Assembly: GCF_001194135.2 (NCBI RefSeq)
Contig: NC_068990.1
Coordinates: 52,796,342 to 52,832,693, forward strand
Direction: 5' to 3'
Source: Octopus bimaculoides
Taxonomy: Eukaryota
Length of the DNA: 36,352 nucleotides
This document shows, piece by piece, positions 1-10,985 of this stretch. The notes below the pieces were generated by a model. The model was not told where the DNA came from. It saw nothing but the letters and a program-made list of their open reading frames with translations, and made no database searches. Each line of letters starts with the position of its first letter. Positions within the stretch are counted from its first letter, which is position 1. Position numbers and translations under genes: made by a program.

Positions 1-1130
1 AGTTACTCAACAACTCAAATGTGGATGTAATATACCTTGATTTTGCAAAAGCTTTTGACAAAGTGGATCATGGTGTGATATGCCACAAACTGCGTGATCT
101 TGGCACAGCTGGAAAACTTGGAGAGTGGTTACATGACTTTCTGAAAGATAGAAGTCAGCCAGTAGTGGCTAATGGAGCCACCTCTATGAAAGCACAAATA
201 ATGAGAGGTGTTCCACAGGCCACTGTCTTGGCACCATTGCTTTTTATAGTAGCTCTCTCAGATATGCCCTCAAGTGCCCAGATAGCCACCCTTGCAAGCT
301 ACGCAGACGATATGAAAGTCTCGCAGAAAATACAGAACTCCAGTGATGTTGCACATCTGCAGCAGGAGTTGGACTCAGTTTGCAGATGGGCTGAGGACAA
401 TAATATGCAGTTTAATGGTGAAAAATTCCAAGCCCTGCGCTACCAAGTCCAAAACTGAATAAGAAACTTACAGAGTACACTGGTCCGCAGGGAATTTCAA
501 TCGCAGAGCCTAAATCAGTGAGTGACCTGGGTATCGACATGAGTGATGATACCTCTTTCCAAGTGCACATTACCAGGATGGCNNNNNNNNNNNNNNNNNN
601 NNNNNNNNNNNNNNNNNNNNNNNNNNNNNNNNNNNNNNNNNNNNNNNNNNNNNNNNNNNNNNNNNNNNNNNNNNNNNNNNNNNNNNNNNNNNNNNNNNNN
701 NNNNNNNNNNNNNNNNNNNNNNNNNNNNNNNNNNNNNNNNNNNNNNNNNNNNNNNNNNNNNNNNNNNNNNNNNNNNNNNNNNNNNNNNNNNNNNNNNNNN
801 NNNNNNNNNNNNNNNNNNNNNNNNNNNNNNNNNNNNNNNNNNNNNNNNNNNNNNNNNNNNNNNNNNNNNNNNNNNNNNNNNNNNNNNNNNNNNNNNNNNN
901 NNNNNNNNNNNNNNNNNNNNNNNNNNNNNNNNNNNNNNNNNNNNNNNNNNNNNNNNNNNNNNNNNNNNNNNNNNNNNNNNNNNNNNNNNNNNNNNNNNNN
1001 NNNNNNNNNNNNNNNNNNNNNNNNNNNNNNNNNNNNNNNNCCATCGCGCTTCAGGACCAGTTACTGCAACAGTTTGGGTTTCAGGGGCCCACAGCTTTTT
1101 AATATTCTCCCAAAGAGCCTGAGGAACCTG
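1..1130 (+). mobile_element. Decayed CR1/L2-group non-LTR retrotransposon, RT domain and C-terminal region (interrupted by N-gap)
   Basis: ORF 21-458 has RT motifs YLDFAKAFDKVDH, GVPQATVLAPLLF and SYADD. After a frameshift it continues VSDLGIDMSDDTSFQVHI, and after the gap PSRFRTSYCNSLGFRGPQLFNILPKSLRNL, typical of a CR1-group C-terminus. Confidence 0.9.
583..1040. other. Assembly gap (N run)
   Basis: Run of Ns. Confidence 1.
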
Positions 1131-1132
1131 CT

Positions 1133-1424
1133 CATGTTTCACTGCCATGCAGCATGGCTGTTCGTACACATGCGTCATACAGTCTGCCTTTTACTCTGAG
1201 TGAGAGGCCCTTTGTCACCAGCAGAGGTAAGAGCTCTCTGAACTTTGCCCAGGCTATTCATATTCTAGCAGCTACACTTTCAGTGCACCCTCCCCGACTA
1301 CTAACTCGGTCACCTTAATAGCGGAAGCTATCAACTACGTCTAGTTTTTCTCCCTGGAATGTGGCAGAAGTTGTTTTTTGCACATTTTCAGATTTTGTGC
1401 TCCTGAACATCTGCCACATACAAA
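1133..1424 (-). mobile_element. RTE-type LINE fragment (post-RT region), same family as 15211-17657
   Basis: Near-identical to 17129-17425, for example gagaggccctttgtcaccagcagaggtaagagctctctgaactttgcccag. It truncates the CR1 copy at about 1130. Confidence 0.9.
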
Positions 1425-1549
1425 ATAATAACGATAATCAATTGCCTTTCTATTTTTGAAATCATTCACTCGTAAATATCATCACATGGAACATGGACAA
1501 AAATTTCTTCTTAAGAAAATACATATTCAAATAAGTAAACCTTAATATC

Positions 1550-1650
1550 ATGAATAGCGAAATATATATAATATGAATAGCGAAATATATATAATATGAA
1601 TAGCAAAAGATATATCATATATAATATGTATAATATATATATATATATAG
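1550..1650. repeat. 23-bp tandem repeat (about 2.4 copies) followed by (TA)n
   Basis: atgaatagcgaaatatatataat starts at 1550, 1573 and 1596 (partial), then a TA microsatellite. Confidence 0.85.
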
Positions 1651-1874
1651 CAATAAGAAAATGGACGGGAATAAGTGGTATTCATCAACTTGCAGACATT
1701 ATATTCTGTCAGTTTACTTGTCTATTTGTTTACTAAGAGGACAATAATAACAATATACAAACACGTGACATATTATGTCATATCAGTAATTGAAAAAGGA
1801 CATATTGTGACAGAAAATGTGATAATGACTTACAGCTGTTTCAGTTTAGTGAGATATAAGCTGTAGCAATACGG

Positions 1875-2347
1875 AATCGTAACATATAATTGCCAACCAA
1901 GTGTGGCATCTTCTACTGGACAGTGTTACTGATGTTCATAGCGCCAGGAAGACATCTCTTCCATGTGGCTAATGACATACATTCTGTGTCCGATTATTAT
2001 TCGCAAGGGGAGGTCATAGCTCCCTTCTCTAGCCTTATGTGATACACACAGACTCGAGTTTCTCGTGGTTACCCCTCCTCAGCATGTGTTAATCGCCAGC
2101 TAGTGATGAAAACTCATTCCACTCGCAAACTACTATATGCTTCTTCCATTGAGAAACTGTTGCTGATCTCGAAAAAGGAGAAATAAGCTATATTAAATCT
2201 TTGAGCGAGGTATAAACAGTAGGAAATAAGAATCGTAACATATAATTGCCAACCAAGTGTGGCATCTTCTATGGGACAGTGCTTCTGACGTTTATAGCCA
2301 CAGGAAGATATCTCTTCCTACTGGTTAATGACACCCATTCTGTGTCC
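1875..2347 (-). mobile_element. Hammerhead-containing partial tandem repeat, 356-bp unit (retrozyme / Penelope pLTR-like), element A
   Basis: aatcgtaacatataattgccaaccaagtgtggcatcttcta occurs at 1875 and 2231 (offset 356); the second copy ends at 2347. The unit carries a hammerhead motif and is homologous to 30907-31503. Confidence 0.75.
2044..2089 (-). ncRNA. Minimal type I hammerhead ribozyme motif
   Basis: Minus strand: ACACATG CTGAGGA GGGGTAACCACGA GAA ACTCGAGT C TGTGTGT. Stem I has 7 bp (2 G-U), the core is CUGANGA/GAAA, loop III is the perfect palindrome ACTCGAGT, and the cleavage triplet is GUC. Stem II is weak or degenerate. Confidence 0.7.
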
Positions 2348-2374
2348 CCTCACAAATACTAATTGGACATTCTC

Positions 2375-2775
2375 CTTTCATATCAAAGTTACTGCATTCT
2401 AAATTCCATGATTTACATTGTGGCAGAAACTGTTTAACAGCTCCTCCATCTCTTTGATGACATTCTAAAAGTTTTTGGAGCAGGCTCAAACACAGTATTC
2501 TGACTTCAAAAGGCCTTCTTCAGAGTCAGCTACAATATTTAAAATTGTCCAATATTGGAGTTCATGGAAAGTTGTTACACTGGGTGGAGTGTTTTCCTGG
2601 TAAACAGGAAGAAACATGTAATTGATGGAATTTGCTTAATCACAGCAAAAGTGACTAGTAATTTCTCTCAAGGGATTTTGTTGGGCCCACTGCCCTTTGT
2701 AGTATAAATGAAATGTCCTGAAACAGCAATATAAAAATTTTTGTGAATGCCTCTAACCTTCAGGAAGTTATCAGT
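2375..2775 (+). mobile_element. Highly degenerate CR1/L2-group RT remnant
   Basis: Frameshifted peptides LLHSKFHDLHCGRNCLT..LHLFDDILK, KLSNIGVHGKLLHWV, FLVNRKKHV and VTSNFSQGILLGPLPFVV are colinear with the RT motifs of the element at 1-458. Confidence 0.7.
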
Positions 2776-3000
2776 GATCTCATATAGTAAGCCAATGGAT
2801 GAAAAAAGAAACAACATATTGTTAAATGTGGAAAAATTTGAACACTATGGTAAAGGTATACTTAAACAACCATGTTCTTTTTCCTTGGAAGAACTTATCA
2901 TTGCGTCTAACAAAATCAGTCAATTGAAATTTGGCCATCTCATGTTTGATCTACCGTTTGGCCTTATGAACTAAATCCATATATGCGTGTGTATCAATAT

Positions 3001-3142
3001 CGTCATCATCATCATTTTAAGACCACTTTCAATGTTGACATGGGTTGGTCACAATACACTGGGAACCATTGTTCTCTTAGAATGGTGATTGTAACATGTC
3101 ATTTTGGTTCGGTTTCTATGGTTGGAAGTCCTTCTGATCAGC
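3001..3142 (-). mobile_element. Degenerate 3' tail of an RTE-type LINE or RTE-tailed SINE
   Basis: The reverse complement resembles the tails at 10880-10985 and 35260-35364 (aggaaggg..tagaaa..ccaacccatg..aaaatgatgatgatg). Confidence 0.5.
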
Positions 3143-3479
3143 AGTTATTTCACAGAGAGTACTAGTGCATTTTCTCTTGGTACCAAGGCCAGAGAATGTG
3201 ACAATTCCTGGCAAGACAACTAAAGATACTTCTTAACCCTTTCTCTGTTTGTTTGCCACCCATCCACAGTGTGTATTGGGTGCATTTTTCAAGCATTTTT
3301 GTCAAATCCTCAATGAGCAAGTCATTTCTCAAATTCTTCTTTTCCTCTGCTCTCTTACCAATCACTCCAGACGATGTTCAGTGCAGTGGATCTTTTGTTG
3401 ATACTAACATAGAAGTGGGGTTCCTTGTACACTGTAAAACATGTATTTTTATTAGGAAATGTGATCAAGAAGGGCAATA

Positions 3480-3915
3480 GGAGGGAGAGAGAGCAATGAT
3501 AGCAAAAAAACCCAGAATGGGTGGATGAAGTGAGTTAATGTATGATGGTAGAGACAGAGTTAGAGTAAAAGCAGGAGAGGAGTGATGTTCAGAAGTGGGT
3601 GATGAATAGCAGTAGAAGTGGCCTAGAGGAGAGAGAGAGTCATGATTGGTAGTACAGAAAGAGTGAAGTGAGAGTGTATTGGGTATAGATAGTTCGGTGC
3701 AGTCTCTTATACATAACTGAGGGTGGTAGAACAATGAGGATGGCGGTAGAAGGGACTTGAGGGATTGAATGCTGGTAGGCCATGTCCATTTGTTATGCGA
3801 GCAGTACAAATAATTGGGAGATTAGTGGTAGAGATGTGGGTGGTAGAAAGAGGAGTGAAGAGATGGGTGAAGGAAGGAGGGAGATGAGTAATATATAGAT
3901 AAGAGGGAATCAAGG
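3480..3915. repeat. Purine-rich degenerate interspersed repeat, related to about 7265-7410
   Basis: Strong plus-strand purine skew. It shares gcag..gaggrgtgatgttcwga with about 7295-7315. Class not determined. Confidence 0.35.
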
Positions 3916-3942
3916 ATGTAAATAGTGGCGTACATACACATC

Positions 3943-4146
3943 TGTGTATGTTGGCCTCTTTGTATTTGTTTCTAATTGCTTGACAAATGTTGTTGGTTTG
4001 TTAATGTCCCATAACTTAGCAGTTTGACAGAAAGAAACTGACAGGACAAGTACCCGACTTCAAATGAGTACTGTAGTTGATTTGATTGATTAAAGACTAA
4101 GGTGGTGCACTAGCGAGGCCTTTCATTGAAACAAGTAAAAGAATAA
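3943..4146 (+). mobile_element. tRNA-derived SINE, 3' half (family of 12541-12824 and 20560-20967)
   Basis: Aligns to the reverse complement of 12541-12740 (cataacttagcagtttgacag..aagtac..tgaaacaagtaaaaga). Confidence 0.7.
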
Positions 4147-5479
4147 ATATATATTTCTTAACTCTTGTTAACCCTCTGTAATTCATGACTTCTTTGCTTT
4201 TACCGACATTGCTGCATATTTCATACTAATCCAACTGTTGGTCATTTATTTCAATTACCAAATATGAGTATGTAGTAATACTAATCTAAAGCTGTAAGCA
4301 AACACTTTCTTCAGATTGTAATTTTCTTATTAATTAGGAAAAGAACAATAGTAAATAAATTATATGTTGGATTATCTTCTCTTTATCTTTATCTGCTTCT
4401 ACATGTTGGTTCAGTTTTAGATTAAGTAACTTCCTTTATTTGTTACTTCCTAAATGGCTGTTTCACCCCTCCCCTCTTCTCCCATCCTCTGTTTCTTTTT
4501 AGTTTCATTTCACTGTTTTTTTACTAATCTTACATCACTGGTTTGTTTAGTAGTGAATTTGGATCTGATTTGACATGACATAAATAATTAAAACCATCTG
4601 TTATTTTAAACAATTCAACTGGAGCTTCAATATTTTATAATTTTGTAGCATTCTTCATGTTTAAATCTTATTTTTACCTTTCCCCTTAGTTTTTGTTCTT
4701 TCTCAAATGTAATCTTCTGCTTGTCAGTAAATTTTTTTTACCTTTACTTCAAAATATGTCTATCCATCAGTTCCCCACCATTTAAGAAATGTTTTGGAAA
4801 CATCTGCATTATTTTGTGTGTGAGTTGTTAGTTTTTAGGTTATGCTCATCTGTTGGTAATCTGTAATTTCTCTCTTTCTCTGCCCACCTCCTAAATACCA
4901 GTTTAAACTAAGCTGTAACATTTGATATTTGCTGTGAATGAAGAGAACTGCCATTGGGAGAGTGGCATTAGGAATTTTCTGTTAATCATAGTTGGAAGCA
5001 AGAAAGAAACTTGATAATATTTGTTTAGTTGTGTATCTGCATGGTTCATTCCCTTTCTTCTTCCTTCTGTTGACATTGACTGTTGCTATTATTAGTCACC
5101 TCTCACCACTGCTCGGCCTTTTGGCTGTTAAACTGCACACAGGGGTATATATAGGTTAGAGGTATTTTGTTTGTTTCAGGTTTGGAAAGGGTCTCTTACA
5201 ATTAGAAAAGATGCCCTCCCACTTAATTTAAAAGAAAATATTTGACACAACAAGCTGTTTTCAGTCATTTTCATGTTTCCATATTTTTTCATTTCCTCCT
5301 ACTGAGCCTTACTGGAACTAATTCCATCTTATTATCCTTATTCTGCTCCCTCTTCTAGCAGAACTTAATGGGGTTATGCAGTGCACTTTCTGTTTCAGAT
5401 AGATGAAAAATTAAGTTTTATTATACTAGGAGTTTTATAAGATCAGTCCAAAAAGAAATCAAACTTTCTAAAAAGAAAT

Positions 5480-6460
5480 TTAATGTTTTCCTTAATCAGA
5501 CTTGTCTCTTTCAAAATTGCCTCTGTCCACTGTTGAGATGCCACACAACGTTTTTTTCCAGTTTTGGAACATGTTTCCAGAGGTAGTGCAAAGTTCTCAT
5601 AGCAAATTTTCTTTAATCTCTTTATTCATATGAAATGATGACCTTGCAACATGGGATTTCAGTACTAGGAGTAAAACAGGCTACAGGGCTCAAATTGGGA
5701 GAGTAGGGCAGCTGGGAGGTGGAAGTTAGCTTTACCAAAATATTGGGAATAAGGAGTGACATGTGATTAGGTGTGGTGTTGTGGCACATCACCCTGGTTT
5801 GTCATTGAAAGCAGGTGTGATGTGGTGCAGTCTCTAGCTGTTTTTTCCATACCTCACACCGCCTCCTTTGCACTGCATCTCTCAGACTTTTCAGGACATC
5901 CAAGCAAAATTCATAACTGATTATTTAACCACATGGAACAAACACATGATAAAATCTGCCCCTCCAATCAAAAAAGAGGTTTTCACTTTTGAATGACTGT
6001 GCCATGCATGTTTTGCAGAAATGAGGATGCAGCCCACTCTGATGATTGCTTTTAGCTGTGATCCATACTTTATCTGTTTTGATATTTTCAGAAACATTTT
6101 ATCAACATTCAAACAGTTGAGTAGTTCCAGTCTGACTGATTTGGTTCTCTTTTTGTTTTTCTATTAGTAGATGTGATACAAATTTTACTGCTGCACAATG
6201 TACCTTCAGTTTCTCTTAAAAAAAATTGTGGTTTGAACTTTTATAGATGTCAACTTGTTACGAAACTTTATGGACAGTCAGGTGACAATTTTCACAGATA
6301 ACTACAAGTACTTCCGCTATCATAGAAGGCTATCCAGATTTGGGATTGTTTTGTTGAATGTTCTTTCCAATTTCAAATGCTGGTACCATATACCACATTG
6401 TGTATAGCTCAGTCCTCCCAAAAGACTCGTAACATTAGAAATATTTCCATGGTTCTTTCT
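5480..6460 (-). mobile_element. Decayed near-full-length mariner (Tc1/mariner) transposase
   Basis: Frameshifted peptides occur in the expected order: ENCHLTVHKVS, AAVKFVSHLL, KQSSEW, LFFDWRG..HVFVP, CLDVLKSLRDAVQR, HNTTPNH, LPYSPNLSP, FQNWKKR. Many stops; no clear TIRs. Confidence 0.8.
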
Positions 6461-7026
6461 CTTTCAAAATATTTTCACACAGGCTCCTTCAAATTGCAAA
6501 GTGCATTAAACACCTGTTCAGCTAAGCATCCATAGATAAATCTATCAAAAGTACTGCAGTCACAAGCACATTGTGCCAGTTGGTTGGTGCACCATTTAAA
6601 AGTGGTTTCTTTTGTAACAGACCTCATTTTTTGTTACTTATTTGCTACATATATATAATCATGATGATTATATCATACTTTCACGGGTTTGACATGTACT
6701 TTCCTGGTACTTCATTACTCATCAGTTATTGTCCATACACATTGCATATCCTTACTAATGCAATTTTCTCTCTTACACATTACAACTGTTTTCTCCTCTC
6801 GTTTTATTTTTCAGCTCATATCTTATCCAGATACATTAACATAACACATCCAGCAGAACATGTTTGTGCATGTTGTTGTTGTTCTTGTTACTGCTGTCAA
6901 CAAATTGTCTGTTCACTTCATGCTTTTAAAGACCTGTGAGATAAGAAAAGATGCAAATTAAGCCATTGGATTTATAATCTTATTACAATATTGCTTGTCA
7001 TTGCATTACTTAGCCCATCAGTAATT

Positions 7027-7225
7027 CTTTCACATGATTAGAGAAAAAGAGGGAGAAAGAAGCATCCATGACGTGAGGTAGGGGGAATGTAATTGTAACA
7101 CTTTCACATGATTAGTTGAAGGAAAAAAGAGGAGAAATAAAAAGAGGAGAAATAAAAAGAGGATAAGGTAAAGAGTGAATCAGAAAGAGGGAGGAACAAG
7201 CATCCATGACGTGAGGTAGGGGGAA
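7027..7225. repeat. Local direct-repeat cluster
   Basis: Exact 28-mer aagcatccatgacgtgaggtagggggaa at 7060-7087 and 7198-7225. ctttcacatgattag occurs twice, and aaaaagaggagaaat is tandem. Confidence 0.9.
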
Positions 7226-9082
7226 AATAATATTTATTATGTGACTAAAAAAGTTAGTTGAACGTAGAGGAGGAGAGTTAAAAATATAATTTTAGCAGAG
7301 GGGTGATGTTCTGATGGGGAAGTGAAAGATCGGCAGAGAGAGAATGGGGTGGGAGACAAGGAGAGAGATGATGGTTGTGGTGATTGGATACTGAAAAGTG
7401 TATTTTTTAAAAATTGAACTAAGTTTTTTTTTATATCACCTATCACTTAGCGCATGTGCATAAGTGCAATTCCGTGAAATATTCATGCTTATTTATGTGG
7501 CAGATATATGCAATTTAACTAAAGGTTGTATCATATGTACGGGATATTTTCTTTTTTGTTTATGGGAAAAATGGAAAAATAAGAGTGAATATTTATTTTA
7601 TGAATGCTGTGTATTAAGTCTATAAAATTGTCCATAAAGTATATAAAGTAATCATCATATTCCGATTTCTTTCACTTTTCAGTGAGTAACAGATGAGTAA
7701 CTGTCTTTCCATACAGACTGGACACAGGCTACGCTTTCAGGTTTTTTGGATAAAGTTCAGAAATAATCCAATAGGTTTACCATTAATTTCATGAAATATT
7801 CACTGGTCCTGCTAGTAATAGTAATAATAGTTATTGTAGTTAAGTGCAAACAACTTTGAATACATAGTGAATTTTGAGTGAAAAATTGACTGTCTGCATT
7901 CTTTGATTAAGAAGTTTTGGCATGGAATTTTTTGTCCTAGTTTCAGTTTGATGGTGAATGGTGGAGAGATGTGGTGTTGATATGGACCATGTTTTGATGG
8001 CCATGTTTACATATGACTGGAGAACATTTGGATACTTTCAATACAAAGAAGTCAACACTGAAAGTAGAATAATATAAATATTTCAGGCACTACTTTACTA
8101 TTTCTGACTCTCTTACAATATCCATCACCATCATTTTACATCCTGCTCGACTGATCCCAGCAACTATCAATAGTCATGTCTATCCTGTATTGTCTCTGTT
8201 CACCATTACTTTACAAAGTATTCTATGTGTATTTTAACATGGTACCAGCATAAGTGAGGACTAAATAATACTCTTTACCCTATGTGGTCTCCGCTTGTCC
8301 TATATGTCTTACCTTTTTGTACAAGTGCAACACAATACTTATTGTTGATTAACATGTTTAATTATGTAATACTTCTGCAATTTGCTTTTCACAACCTTAA
8401 TGTTTATTTCAATTTTTGTTCTAAATACCTATTCCAAAATTGTCTTCCTACGGTGATTTATTTTCAGAGTATTGAACTTCAAAACAAAGTTGAAATTGCA
8501 ATAATAATATAAGCTCAATAGGATCTTTTCATCCCTTTAAATCATTTAAGCTTTCTCACTATAAAAATTAATTTCTAATTAATAAAATAGAGACAGTATA
8601 ATTTTCGTGAGACCATTCATTCTAGCCCCAATTTATAGAGCAAATTATTATGCTACCTTAGCAGCTGTTAAATATTAATCACCGAGCAAGGCCAACTCTC
8701 TATTAAAAAAACTCAAAGAGACATGTTTTTGATAAACAGGTGAAATTAATTTTTACCAAATTTCTCTATTTTTTAATATGTATATTTATATCTAACGACT
8801 TTAAATTTAAACATATTAACCTATCAACCTAATAAATATACTCAACATAATAATACTCATTTTAACGTTATGTATAGCTTTAACTAAATTTAAAGAAATT
8901 TATCTAATAAACCATTAAGAAACCTTATTTAACAAAACATATATAAAAACAAAAGAAATAATGCAGGCCCCCAGCTGATTTTCAAGTCAGGAAGTAGAGG
9001 AATGTAATTCAATAAATACTAGCATGGCACTCCAAAAACCATTCCGTTTCTGGCAACCTGCTGTCCTAATGATAACAATAAT

Positions 9083-9293
9083 AATCCTTTCTACTGTAAG
9101 CACAAGGCCTGAAATTTTTGGGGAAGGGATTAAGTTGATTACATTGACCTCAGTGCGTAACTGGTACTTATTCAATCGACCCTGAAAGGATAAAAGGTAA
9201 AGTCGACCTCGGTGGAATTGATGATGATAGCAACAGAGAAAATGTTGCTAAACATTTCATCCAATGTGCTAATGATTCTACCAGCTTATCACC
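9083..9293 (-). mobile_element. tRNA-derived SINE (family of 23435-23650)
   Basis: Reverse complement has head gagctggtagaatcattagc-like and core gtcgactttacc..gggtcgat..taagtaccagt..ctgaggtcaat, aligning to 23435-23650. Confidence 0.8.
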
Positions 9294-9307
9294 ATAATAA
9301 TAGTAAT

Positions 9308-9514
9308 AATCCTCTCTACAAAAGGCACATGGCCAACAGTTTTTTTTATGGAAAGGATAAGTTGATTACATTGACCCCAGTATTCAACTGGTACTTATAT
9401 CGACTCTGAAAGGCAAAGTCAACCTTGGTAGAATTTGAACTCAGAATGTAAAGACGGATGAAACGCCGCTAAGCATTTTGTCCAGTATGTTCATGATCCT
9501 GCCTGCTCACCACC

Positions 9515-9516
<2 letters not shown>
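9308..9516 (-). mobile_element. tRNA-derived SINE, second adjacent copy, flanked by (TAA)n
   Basis: Reverse complement has aaatgcttagcggcgtttc..gttcaaattc (box B-like)..gttgactttgcc..taagtaccagt. (TAA)n lies at 9516-9558. Confidence 0.85.
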
Positions 9517-9549
<33 letters not shown>

Positions 9550-10287
9550 TACATTAATAATTTCTAATTTAGGGACATTGGTATGTGACATTGATAACAG
9601 AAAGGAGGAAGGCATTTATCTTCATTCTTTAGTAATTACTGAAAGGGTTGATTTATAGATCTTTACAGAATGATGTAGCATAGGTCTAGCAGTTCATACA
9701 TTTGTTAACTGTTTAAACACTTCAGTCAACCTCATGTGCAAAGATTCAAATATAAAGTATTAAGCATTTGTTTTCTGTTTGATATTTTTTATTCCACCAT
9801 TCAAGTGTTGTTCTCTGTTGCAGCCTGATAAGTGGACACAGCTTTAGTCAGTGCCTTGCACATGGTATAATAATAGTGTAGTAGTAGTAATGCTAGTAGC
9901 TACACTACTCAAACTCAAGAGGTTGATACTTATTTCATTCCACTGTTGTGCCTGCTCTCTTCAACACATATATCCAATCAGGTTTCTTAAATGTTTGAGT
10001 AGCATACACAAAAGAAGGAGGATTGTGCAACCTGGTAATGTCACACACTATTTTGTTTGAAGGAGGAGGGCTGAAGTTTTTAATAGGTTTTAAAACTAAA
10101 CGACAGTTCAAGACATTTCTATTTTTAATAGGAGACAAGGGAAATAATATCTTATTTTTAAGATTTACATCCTGCTTCTTTGTCTTTTTTTCAAATTTAC
10201 TATGTGTTGAATAGAAAACTCCAGGCAAACCTTATGTTGTTCAGGCTTTTTGTTGTCTACATGTTTTACTTTTTGAGGTATTGAGAT

Positions 10288-10445
10288 GCAGGCATGATAG
10301 TGTAGGTAAAAGTTTGCTTTCCAGCCACATGGTTTCAGGTTCAATCATACTGCGAGGTACCTTGGGCAAGAATATTATACAATAGCACCAGACTGACTAA
10401 AGCTTTGTGAGTGGATTTGGTAGACAAAAACCTAAAGAAGTCCAT

Positions 10446-10483
<38 letters not shown>

Positions 10484-10571
10484 GTGTCAGTGTTCTATCT
10501 ATCTATCTATCTCCCTACCTACCCATGTGTGTGTATATGTATATGTGTGTGTGTATATGTGTGTGTGTGTG

Positions 10572-10608
<37 letters not shown>

Positions 10609-10985
10609 TGTGTTTGTGTGAAAGTGAGTTTGCATTATTCCTTGTCTACACATGTGCTCATTCATTATTTGTAAACAGTGTTCATTAACAGTGTAGTTTG
10701 CTTGTAGTTCACCATGAAAGCACATCTGGGATTTGTGAGAGATCTTGAAATGTGTGATCTTCATAATTCGGAAAAAAATGCTTGTTCATACAGTGTTGTT
10801 CTGGGTTTTCTGTGTAAACATGCTTGGGCTGTTGGTGGTTTGATGGACTGGGAGTTTGTTACCTCGATTAGAAACAAAATGAGGGTTGGTGACATGAAAG
10901 GAATCAGACTGTAGAAAACTCTTTCCCAATATACCCTCATATGACTGTTGCAAGCATGGAAAAGTAAATGTTAAAATGATGATGA
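10288..10985 (+). mobile_element. tRNA-derived SINE with internal microsatellites and RTE-like 3' tail
   Basis: Head ggtttcaggttcaatc..ccttgggcaag..gtgagtggatttggtagac matches the head at 20810-20967 (reverse). Central (TG)/(TA) repeats. Tail tgagggttggtgacatgaaagg..tagaaaa..aagcatggaaaag..aaaatgatgatga. Confidence 0.75.

Noticed and set aside
412-1199. Long ORFs spanning N-gaps (also 14471-15232 and 33894-34871)
   Set aside because: They are open only because Ns translate as X.
2747-2974. 75-aa ORF as a possible host exon
   Set aside because: Its start overlaps the degenerate CR1 RT remnant, and the rest has no recognisable domain.
3465-3913. Ser/Pro/His/Leu-rich minus-strand ORFs
   Set aside because: A consequence of the purine/pyrimidine strand skew of an old repeat.
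4140-5110. A-rich minus strand with short open stretches (also about 24560-24700 and 28030-28160)
   Set aside because: Possibly ancient TE coding remnants, but frequent stops and no identifiable motif.
10411-10764. ORFs rich in CVCV/YIYI/HTHT (also 27792-28109, 28419-28688 and 32169-32420)
   Set aside because: Translations of dinucleotide microsatellites.
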